Assembly (NCBI GenBank): GCA_046290225.1
Contig: JBKAGE010000079.1
Location: 192,001 to 256,000, forward strand
DNA from: Bradymonadia bacterium
Lineage (GTDB): Bacteria; Myxococcota_A; Bradymonadia; UBA7976; UBA1532
Length of the DNA: 64,000 nt
Direction: 5' to 3'
Positions 10,701-17,570 of this stretch are shown here, one piece after another (position 1 is the stretch's first letter; each line of letters starts with the position of its first letter). Position numbers and translations under genes: made by a program. Below the pieces are notes generated by a model. It did not search any database. It worked only from the letters and a program-made list of their open reading frames with translations, and was not told the origin of the DNA.

Positions 10701-10916
10701 GGCGGCGTCTTTCTCTTCGAGATCAGGGCGAAGCAGGGTGATGGCAGCGGAGTCGAGGGTATCCTGGTGACTCGCGGCATAGACGGCGGTGTGTCGACCG
10801 AGGCCGATGAGGGCGTCGAGCCGCCAGTCGCCGACGAAGTGCCCCAGAGCGTTGGCGCACGCTCTGCGTACATCTTCGGCGGCTGCGCCGTCGATGGTGC
10901 TGCGATCCCAGGTCAT
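7719..10916 (-). CDS. Ser/Thr pseudokinase with an acidic linker and C-terminal HEAT repeats
   Basis: Kinase fold (IGLGRHTAVY, KVLDFG, FTAPEQ, DVWQLG), but VAIK is replaced by AAIT and HRDLKPEN by HGHLRPES. HEAT-like repeats VRLEALGFL and DPDPQIRLAALKIM. Start chosen at ATG 10916; the ORF is open to 11039. Confidence 0.8.
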   Translation of the reverse strand: MTWDRSTIDGAAAEDVRRACANALGHFVGDWRLDALIGLGRHTAVYAASHQDTLDSAAITLLRPDLEEKDAATQQLVHEAEQAALLTHPGTLNVLDTGVGELGAFMVTELLLGHPVSALPRLRGGPLGAEELTRLGIRTLEVLSHAHRRGIVHGHLRPESLFLTEEEQLKVLDFGQPSVPSQPTLAGHPSFTAPEQRAEQILGEARTDVWQLGVTLFWLATVTPQAEGEGYTRTRPQLPVSLMSLLNKAQAQSPADRFQGAESMRHALMDVRLQLNLSDLAPQVISEPSEALPDEPTVINGPIQFSSEDTSPPADAQPERSSSSIESEDEAYVSETPSDTAAPDTTAPDTSTLSTAVSNSAIPSRHDPPPLVEELPLVTPSDEALASDHAALLATESLNEPLNLAVVETPPPETEDEALGTIPKRITSDEEIIEALFTLPPQAEATDVSDASRAEMPFEPAVEAPESPAPLLRQLTPAELSMANLGLKPSPFSERPELTLYPEEQTSSTIQDLATFFEHLEEALTMWLVKGAEDDETGQHLYTLSEHLATALNAHPEGMLWTIEPFGFIAGEHVLWRPEGTLVEIPRALHNAGGRRMAVLHGVDRGQIEALVEALAHPLGERRGDPLCVLWAADPEHIVLEADPFSSDAGIPQQELMLQACLDVLTTQCIPHRPGLSDAWHPSAEQTGTTERHGVQLVQALHIDPPRVEAFMQQLAALEPPTAQLDALISGAFVEMRALGDESTLLKSLRRSVSILILQDPEDITALLSRLLLHFEEEPERQRELINGVLSADSVTLWARWLLDRHAEHGLPEHTETLLLALGPEHLTPLVPHLHQLSETSLQRAVFQWLEQVSPGQESLLGQLLPAADAALGLALVETLGRRETEAGRQAMMSASSNRHSVVRLEALGFLNAGESGPRVEIRPLLEDPDPQIRLAALKIMARHRIRHAGPSLVMRIRTPEFDELPVEERRQCLETLHALDPGRTESLALDLLRSRRFLSSDAHEQSRELAAELLGQISRDAETVKYLREEGQARWKNSHRVRQAAQIAIQRIERRLIGRQDGAL

Positions 10917-11109
10917 GGGGGTGAGCGACCTCTTCAAAATGAGAATATTCCGCCTCGTGAGGCGTGATTCTCTGTGATTCCCTGCACACAAAACTCGGCA
11001 CAACCAGATGAGGGGTTGAGTGCCGGTCAGCCTCGTCAATCCTGTGAGGGTGTCATGTAATGAAGTGGGTGTGCAAGTCGTACTGTTGCCTAAGTATGCA
11101 CAGGCAGTG

Positions 11110-12066
11110 TCAGTTCAAGGCTTTTATGAACTTGAGCGACATCACCATGCCTGGATATTCACACCCGACTCGAGGCCCGCGAGGCGTGTCTTGGAGGGAC
11201 ACGCTGGCACCATTGGGGTGGCGCCAGAGCTGTGTCGTGCCCTGGCCCTGCTGCACCTGAGCATAGCCCAGACGCCCCAACCGCTCGTTGAGGGTTTTGA
11301 CGTTGTAGTCGAGGACCTCGGCATTGCGAAGCCAGACCCCGAGGGTGGTCTCCACTGTCTTCACTGTGTGGGTCGTGTGCAGTGACAGGAGTCGTCGGGT
11401 GCGTTGTGATGGGGCCCAGATACGCGCGGCCCGTGAGAGGGAGGGGGTGGGGGTCAGCTGTGGGGGGCGTTTGCATCTGGCATCTGCAGGTGTTGTGGCT
11501 GCTGCATCCCAGGACAGCCGCAACCTGATCTCTCGCGCTTCACCAGGAGGAGCGATGAGTGGGAACACTTCGAGACGCCACTCGCCACCATCTGAGCCCT
11601 TCAGAGGCCCCTCGTGCTCGAGAAGCTTGCCCTCTGGAGGGGTGAGTCCTGCTGTGGTGAGGAGATCGCGCAGAGCATGCTCGTGCTCTGCGTCGGTGCC
11701 GAAGCGTCTGCCCTGCAGGGTGAGCTCGCGGAGCTGAGCAGATCCGCGATGGGCGCTGAGCAACTCGAATTCGAGAGAGAAGATGCGGCCATCGAGGGCC
11801 TTGATGGCTTTCGACCAGCGAGAGGGCAGCCCGTCGGGCATTTCGATGTGAGGGCGCGTGCGAAAACGGGCCGTGCGCTCATCGAGACTGGGTCCACGCC
11901 GAGTCGCTTGAGCCTCAGCTGCAGGCTGCGAAGGGGTCGGGGCCGCATCTGTCGATGGCTCTTTGGGGGTGCTACAGGCCCAGAGGAGCGAGATGAGACA
12001 GACTGAGATGAGGCGGGAAGTTGCCCGTGGGACAAGGCCGGAGAGGCCGTGGATGGCTGGCTTCAA
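11110..12066 (-). CDS. Hypothetical lipoprotein
   Basis: Hydrophobic stretch ending in the lipobox LLWAC, followed by a Pro/Ala linker. Last gene of a tightly packed minus-strand run. Confidence 0.65.
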   Translation of the reverse strand: MKPAIHGLSGLVPRATSRLISVCLISLLWACSTPKEPSTDAAPTPSQPAAEAQATRRGPSLDERTARFRTRPHIEMPDGLPSRWSKAIKALDGRIFSLEFELLSAHRGSAQLRELTLQGRRFGTDAEHEHALRDLLTTAGLTPPEGKLLEHEGPLKGSDGGEWRLEVFPLIAPPGEAREIRLRLSWDAAATTPADARCKRPPQLTPTPSLSRAARIWAPSQRTRRLLSLHTTHTVKTVETTLGVWLRNAEVLDYNVKTLNERLGRLGYAQVQQGQGTTQLWRHPNGASVSLQDTPRGPRVGCEYPGMVMSLKFIKALN

Positions 12067-12072
12067 TGGCGC

Positions 12073-12642
12073 TTACTTTTTCAGCAATGCCAGGGCCTTG
12101 TCGAGCATCTCCTTGCCCTCTTCGCCCTCATCGTAGATGGCCTTCACTTGACCCTTGCCATCAAGCAGGACCGCCAGAGGCAAGCGCGCCTTCTCCTTGC
12201 CGTTGTTGCTCTCGGTGACCCCGAAGCTGCTCGACATCTTGCCGAACTGGTCCAGGATCACCATGTCGGGGGCCAGGCCCTTGAAGTCGTCGAGGAACGG
12301 GCTCACCTTCTCAGGGGCCTCGGCATAGTCCACCAGCACGAGGCGCACGCCGGCAGTGGACAGCGCCTCACGGGCTGTAGAGAGATACTTCAGCTTCTTC
12401 TTGCAGGGCTTGCACCACGTCGCAAAGAAGATCACCAGATGGCCGGAGGCGTCAGCGTCTTTGAGCAGCTTCGTGCGATTGATCAGCTTCTGATCCAGGG
12501 TCCAGCCCGCAAACCATGGTGCGATCTGGCCCACCGCGATGGTGGCCTGAGCTGGGGCCTGTGCTTTCGCCTTGGGGGCCGCCGAGCCCGTGACAGGGGC
12601 AAGCAGAAGCCCCGCGAGGGCCATGTGCAACAATCGCTTCAT
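12073..12642 (-). CDS. Exported TlpA/ResA-family thioredoxin-like protein
   Basis: Signal peptide, VGQIAP, FFATWCKPC (CxxC), and cis-Pro region LPLAVLLDGKG. Confidence 0.85.
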   Translation of the reverse strand: MKRLLHMALAGLLLAPVTGSAAPKAKAQAPAQATIAVGQIAPWFAGWTLDQKLINRTKLLKDADASGHLVIFFATWCKPCKKKLKYLSTAREALSTAGVRLVLVDYAEAPEKVSPFLDDFKGLAPDMVILDQFGKMSSSFGVTESNNGKEKARLPLAVLLDGKGQVKAIYDEGEEGKEMLDKALALLKK

Positions 12643-12643
12643 C

Positions 12644-13687
12644 TCACTCCTCCAGGGGCAGCACTGCGCGGAGCTGAGCGCGCAGGGTGTCGGCCATGGG
12701 GGCTTCCCCAGCCTTCTTGATCAGGGCGGTGAGGGCCATGTCCATCCGCTTGGGGTGGGCCCCCTTCAGCTTGAGGGGCCGGAAGTCCAGAGGGGCGAGC
12801 TCGGCGCCGGTATTGCAGTCGGTGAGGCGGGCGGTGAGGGGCAGGCTACATCGGCTGCCCAGAGAGCCCTGAGCGCAGTCCACCTGACCCTCGAGGGTCA
12901 TGGCCAGCCCGTCGTTGCAGCTTTCGCCACTGGCGCCGCTCATGCCCAGGGTGCTGATCGCGCTCACCAGAGACCGCTGAACGGCGGTCTCGACCTTGGG
13001 GTTCTGCAGCGCCCCGGGCACCACGGTGATCTTGAGGGCGCTCATCTTGCTCGCCCGAGCGGCGATGAGGGAGCGTGCCCGGCGGTTGTCGGCCTCCATG
13101 CCCTCGATGCCGCCGCCGGCGACGACCTTGGCCCGGCGGGCGAGGGTGGCCAGGGGGGTGTATGCATCCATGGCCACCCTGAAGTTCCGGGTGAATTTGG
13201 TGATGTCGCTGCCCGAGCGCTCGGCCCCGGTGGCTGCTTCGGTGAAGGCGGGTCGCTGCTGACTGTAGGCCTCGGCGAGGGCATCGAGGTACTCGCCACG
13301 GGACATCACGGCCATGGCCCGACAACGCTCTTCGCCGGAATCACCACAGTAGTTCGCGTCATCGACCAGCTTGATGAGCTCGGCACGTTCGAAGTCGGAG
13401 GTCTCTCGAATGAACCGGTCGACGGTGGTGCTGGCCTGGCCGGAGCTTTCTTGGGTACTCACCTTCAAGTCGGCCTGGAGCGAGGCGCTGACCTGCTTGG
13501 CGACACGGGCCTTGGCATCGGCCTGAGCTTCGGCCTGAGATGGGCCGAGGCCGTGGCCCACGACATAGCGACGCTCGGAGTACTTGGTCTTGAGCTTGCC
13601 CATGTCGGGCCCTGCGGGGGCGCCACCGCAAGCAGAGAGGCTCAGCGCCAGGGGCGCCAGGGTGAGGGCAGCCTTCAAGGTGTTCAT
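12644..13687 (-). CDS. Lipoprotein, LPP20-like
   Basis: Lipobox LSAC. YVVGHG...AEAQADAKARVAKQV resembles LPP20. Several paired cysteines. Confidence 0.65.
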   Translation of the reverse strand: MNTLKAALTLAPLALSLSACGGAPAGPDMGKLKTKYSERRYVVGHGLGPSQAEAQADAKARVAKQVSASLQADLKVSTQESSGQASTTVDRFIRETSDFERAELIKLVDDANYCGDSGEERCRAMAVMSRGEYLDALAEAYSQQRPAFTEAATGAERSGSDITKFTRNFRVAMDAYTPLATLARRAKVVAGGGIEGMEADNRRARSLIAARASKMSALKITVVPGALQNPKVETAVQRSLVSAISTLGMSGASGESCNDGLAMTLEGQVDCAQGSLGSRCSLPLTARLTDCNTGAELAPLDFRPLKLKGAHPKRMDMALTALIKKAGEAPMADTLRAQLRAVLPLEE

Positions 13688-14265
13688 GCGATCATCTCCA
13701 GCAGACGGGCGAGCAGATCCCGGGTGGCCAGGGCATCGCCGAGGGCGGTGTGCCGAGCCTCTTCCGGGGGGGCGATGCCGAAATGGGCGAAGGCGCCATC
13801 AGAGGCGCAGGTCTCTGGTGGCAGCCGATTACGGGCCACCAAAGACCACAAGAGCGTGTGAGTGTCCAGCGTGCGATGCCCGAGGGCGTTGGGCAGAGGG
13901 CGGCCGGCGATGTGATAGGCCCGTCTGAGGAAGGCCAGATCGAACGCCACGTTGTGTCCGGCGATGATGGGGGCCCGGCCGTCGACGGTGCACTGTGCCA
14001 GGAAGGCCTCCACTGCTTCACATGCCTGAGCAGGGGAGATGCCGTGCTCGCCGATCCAGCGCGCGCTGAGGCGGTGGATCTTCTCTGACTCCGGGGTGAT
14101 GACGATCTCGGGCTCGGCGACGAAGATCTCGGTGCGGTGGGCGCCGTCTCCCGAGACCAGCCCGATGGAGAGCAGGCTGTTCGACCAGGGATCGAGGCCC
14201 CCGGTCTCGGTGTCGAGCACGACGACGCGGCTGAGGGTGTGTGTGGGCACGGATGGGGCAGACAT
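13684..14265 (-). CDS. DEDDh 3'-5' exonuclease (DnaQ-like)
   Basis: ExoI VLDTETGG, ExoII GHNVAFD, ExoIII HTALGDA. ATGA overlap with the downstream lipoprotein gene. Confidence 0.88.
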   Translation of the reverse strand: MSAPSVPTHTLSRVVVLDTETGGLDPWSNSLLSIGLVSGDGAHRTEIFVAEPEIVITPESEKIHRLSARWIGEHGISPAQACEAVEAFLAQCTVDGRAPIIAGHNVAFDLAFLRRAYHIAGRPLPNALGHRTLDTHTLLWSLVARNRLPPETCASDGAFAHFGIAPPEEARHTALGDALATRDLLARLLEMIA

Positions 14266-14468
14266 GTGTGACAGCTCTCGGAACCCTACTGCAAAGACCT
14301 TCGTGTGCGGGCGCGACAGAATACGTTCGGGACCACCGGTCGATTCAACACAATGTGCGCGTAGGCGCACGTGAGCAGAGATGGGCTGATCCGAAGATGT
14401 GTTGACGCATCGAAGACACAGCCCATAAGCCACCGATTCTACACGCTGAGGTGCTGACATGTCTGCCC
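14256..14468. repeat. 12-bp perfect inverted repeat bounding a hairpin-rich ~215-bp segment
   Basis: GGGCAGACATGT (14256-14267) and ACATGTCTGCCC (14457-14468). Internal hairpins at 14355-14370 and 14381-14426. Confidence 0.7.
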
Positions 14469-14520
14469 ATTTGCGCCGCCTCAAAGTCTGGCGCACGGTC
14501 TGATGCACATGGTGCATCTC

Positions 14521-14748
14521 TCAGTGCTGGGGCTCACACCGCCAGGTTTTCGCCCCAGGGGCTGTTTTCATGCACACGCCGAGCTTGCCCGGGGCGAAGG
14601 TGCACTGCTGTCCCGTGCGGGTACATTTTGGTGGGCCCTTGTCGCTTGCTGCGGGCTCGCCCCCCGAGCAGCCCCAGAGCCCCAAAACCATCACTGCCGT
14701 CGCAAGCCACTTGCCTCCATCGGGCCAACCGGGCTTCACTCCTGCCAT
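14521..14748 (-). CDS. Small Cys-rich lipoprotein (75 aa)
   Basis: MAGVKPGWPDGGKWLATAVMVLGLWGC lipobox, then CTRTGQQCTFAPGKLGVC...WRCEPQH. GAGGAGG SD 9 nt before the ATG at 14748. Confidence 0.7.
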   Translation of the reverse strand: MAGVKPGWPDGGKWLATAVMVLGLWGCSGGEPAASDKGPPKCTRTGQQCTFAPGKLGVCMKTAPGAKTWRCEPQH

Positions 14749-15430
14749 GCCGCGTATCCTCCTCATCGACGACGAGCCCGCCATCACCGAGAGCCTCGCC
14801 TATGCCCTCGGCCGGGCGGGGTTCGAGACCGAAGCCGCAGCCTCGCTCGAGGCTGGTCGGCGCAGCCTCAGCGCCGGAGACTTCGATTTGATGGTGCTCG
14901 ATCTCATGTTGCCAGATGGCAACGGGCTCGATTGGTTGCGCGCCTTGCGCCAGAGATCGAACCTGCCGGTCATCATCTTGTCCAGCCACGATGATCCCGT
15001 AGAGCACGTCGTGGGCCTGGAGCTGGGCGCCGACGACTACATCGACAAGCCCTTCAGCCCTCGAGAGGTGGTGGCGCGCATTCGAGCGGTGCTGCGTCGC
15101 ACCGCGGCGCAAGGGCCCGAGACGCGCACCCCCGAAGGGTTCACCGTCGACGAGGCCAAGCGGCTCATCACCGCCAACGGGCAGCGCCTCACCCTCAGCA
15201 AGACCGAGTTTGACCTGCTGGCCACCTTCATCGCCTCACCAGGTCGCGTCTTCGAGCGCGATCAACTTCTGCGGAGGGCGTGGGGATCGGATGTCACGGT
15301 GACCGAGCGTACCGTGGACGTCTACATCAAGGCCCTGCGGAAGAAGCTGGTGCAGGCAGGGATGGAGGGCAACACCATCGAGACCGTGCGGGGCGTCGGG
15401 TATCGGCTCGCCGAGCCCGAGCAGCGCTGA
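14747..15430 (+). CDS. OmpR-family response regulator (CreB-like)
   Basis: MPRILLIDDEP, VLDLMLPDGNG, GLELGADDYIDKPFSPRE, winged-helix IETVRGVGY. Confidence 0.92.
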   Translation: MPRILLIDDEPAITESLAYALGRAGFETEAAASLEAGRRSLSAGDFDLMVLDLMLPDGNGLDWLRALRQRSNLPVIILSSHDDPVEHVVGLELGADDYIDKPFSPREVVARIRAVLRRTAAQGPETRTPEGFTVDEAKRLITANGQRLTLSKTEFDLLATFIASPGRVFERDQLLRRAWGSDVTVTERTVDVYIKALRKKLVQAGMEGNTIETVRGVGYRLAEPEQR

Positions 15431-15439
15431 GGCTTTTTC

Positions 15440-16606
15440 GTGAACGTGGCAGAGCTGGCAGGTCCCGAAGACCTCGGTCCCCTCATGGTGATCGCCGGGG
15501 CGGTGCTCCTCATCGGGGTCACGTTCGTGGCTACACGAGTGGCGCGCTCGCTGCGGCACGGCTTCTCGATCAGGCTGCAGATCTTCATCGCCCTGGTGGT
15601 GGGTAACCTCGTGGTCATGGGTGCCTACGGGTTGCTCATTTTCGAACGCTTGCACAGCAAAGCCCAGACCATCATGGCCCTGCACCCCTCCATGAGCTCG
15701 GCCATCGAGGCCTTGCTGGCCAACTTCGGGCCTCCGCTGGCCTTCCTCAGCATCGTGCTCGGCGTGGCTTCTGCGGCAGCGGCCTTCATCGTGGGCCGGC
15801 ATCTCGCCCGCCCTCTGGAGCAAATCACCCGGGCGGCAGAGTCCGTCGCTCAGGGCGATCGCACCGCCCCGTTCCCCATGGCCTCGGGCAGGGAGCCCCG
15901 ACAGCTGATCGCCGCGCTGGACTCGATGCGCCGCGCCCTGGAGCAGCGCCACGCCATGGAGCAGTTCGTCGCCGACCTGTCCCACGAGCTGAAGAACCCT
16001 GTTGCTGCCATTCGAGCGGCCTCGGAGGTTCTGGACGAAGGGGCCGCCGAGGATCCCGAAGCGCGGCCACGGTTCCTCAAGCGGATCCAGGAGGCCAACC
16101 ATCGGCTCGACGTACTGGTGCAGGATCTCCTCGCCCTGGCGCGCTTGGAGGCACGAGGCATCAGTGACGAAGTGGAGCTCGTCGATCTCGAAGCGCTGAT
16201 CCGCACTGCTGTAGAAGGGGCGGCGGGCCGTCTCGAGTCTCGTGGCGTCTCGGTGACGCTGCAGACGCGCTCCGTCAAAGTGCATGGCAGCCCCAGATGG
16301 ATCAGTAGAGCCCTCGACAATCTGCTGTCCAACGCCATTCGATACAGCCCCGAAGGCGGTGTGATCACTGTGTCCCTCACCTCGGAGGGGGGCGTGGCCT
16401 GCATGACTGTCGCCGACGAGGGCCCTGGGGTGACACCGGCGCTGAGAGGGCGCCTCTTCGAGCGTTTCGTCACCGAGCGGGCTGAGCAGGGGGGCAGTGG
16501 GCTGGGCCTGGCCATCGTGCAGACGGTGGCGGCTCATCATCTGGGTGAAGCGCGGCTGGCGCCTTCGGAGAAGGGTGCCCGTTTCGAACTGACACTGGCG
16601 CTGTGA
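15440..16606 (+). CDS. Sensor histidine kinase, HAMP + HisKA + HATPase (CreC-like)
   Basis: TM segments, DLSHELKNPVAAIR, NLLSNAIRYS, DEGPG, GSGLGLAIV. Confidence 0.92.
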   Translation: MNVAELAGPEDLGPLMVIAGAVLLIGVTFVATRVARSLRHGFSIRLQIFIALVVGNLVVMGAYGLLIFERLHSKAQTIMALHPSMSSAIEALLANFGPPLAFLSIVLGVASAAAAFIVGRHLARPLEQITRAAESVAQGDRTAPFPMASGREPRQLIAALDSMRRALEQRHAMEQFVADLSHELKNPVAAIRAASEVLDEGAAEDPEARPRFLKRIQEANHRLDVLVQDLLALARLEARGISDEVELVDLEALIRTAVEGAAGRLESRGVSVTLQTRSVKVHGSPRWISRALDNLLSNAIRYSPEGGVITVSLTSEGGVACMTVADEGPGVTPALRGRLFERFVTERAEQGGSGLGLAIVQTVAAHHLGEARLAPSEKGARFELTLAL

Positions 16607-16642
16607 ACCCTCAAAACCAGAGACAAGCGTGACCCGGGCCGG

Positions 16643-16672
16643 CGTTTTTTCGAGAAAAAACGACCTCTTTTT
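16643..16672 (+). terminator. Possible terminator or hairpin after the two-component pair
   Basis: CGTTTTTT-CGAG-AAAAAACG stem followed by ACCTCTTTTT. The stem is AT-rich and therefore atypical. Confidence 0.4.
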
Positions 16673-16815
16673 CAAGCAAGCGCATCAATTTCACGAGTTT
16701 TTCATCTGGGATTCATATCCCCCTGGCAGACTCCATCATCGTTACGGTGGTGTTTGAATGCCCTGAGGCCGTGTCTACAGAGACCCCCTCAGGCCCAATT
16801 GACGGAGGCCCGCTC

Positions 16816-17541
16816 ATGACCGCTCTGCCTGAACACGTAGCCATCATCATGGACGGCAACGGCCGCTGGGCTGGCCAACGGGGCCTGCCCCGGAGCGAGG
16901 GTCACACCGAGGGCGCCGAGGCTGTGCGCCGGTCGGTGCGTTATGCCCGCCGAGTGGGCGTGAAGCATCTCACCCTCTTCGCCTTCAGCACCTTGAACTG
17001 GGCGCGCCCTACGGAAGAGGTCTCCGCGCTGATGGATCTGCTCGCGCGCTTCCTGGTCGAGGAGCGCAAGGAGATGCTCGACAACGGCATTCGTCTCGAA
17101 GCCATCGGCGAGCTGGAGTTCCTCTCGGCCCCCATCCGGGCCCTGCTGGAGCAGACCATGGCCGACACCGCCTGTGGCAAGGACATGGTGCTCACCCTGG
17201 CGGTGAGCTACGACGGTCGCCGCGATCTGGTCCGGGCCGCACAGCGCCTCACCGCCCTCGCCCACAAAGGGGAGCTTCTGCCTGCCGATGTGGGTGAGGC
17301 GCAGCTCGCCGAGGCGTTGTCCACCCGGGCCATGCCCGACGTCGATTTGCTGATCCGGACCTCTGGCGAGCGCCGGCTCTCGGGCTTCCTGCCCTTCGAG
17401 GCGTGCTACGCCGAGTTGTGCTTCCTCGATGTGCTGTGGCCCGACTTCGATGAGCAGGTCTTTCAGAGCGCCCTCGACGACTTCAGCCACCGTCAGCGTC
17501 GGTTCGGCCTCACCGGAGAGCAGATCTCCGCCCTCGGTTGA
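16816..17541 (+). CDS. uppS: Polyprenyl (undecaprenyl) diphosphate synthase
   Basis: HVAIIMDGNGRWA, FAFSTLNW, DLLIRTSGERRLSGFL, LWPDF, RRFG. GGAGG SD. Confidence 0.93.
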   Translation: MTALPEHVAIIMDGNGRWAGQRGLPRSEGHTEGAEAVRRSVRYARRVGVKHLTLFAFSTLNWARPTEEVSALMDLLARFLVEERKEMLDNGIRLEAIGELEFLSAPIRALLEQTMADTACGKDMVLTLAVSYDGRRDLVRAAQRLTALAHKGELLPADVGEAQLAEALSTRAMPDVDLLIRTSGERRLSGFLPFEACYAELCFLDVLWPDFDEQVFQSALDDFSHRQRRFGLTGEQISALG

Positions 17542-17570
17542 GGTGAGCACGAGCGGGTTGCTGAGAGCAC

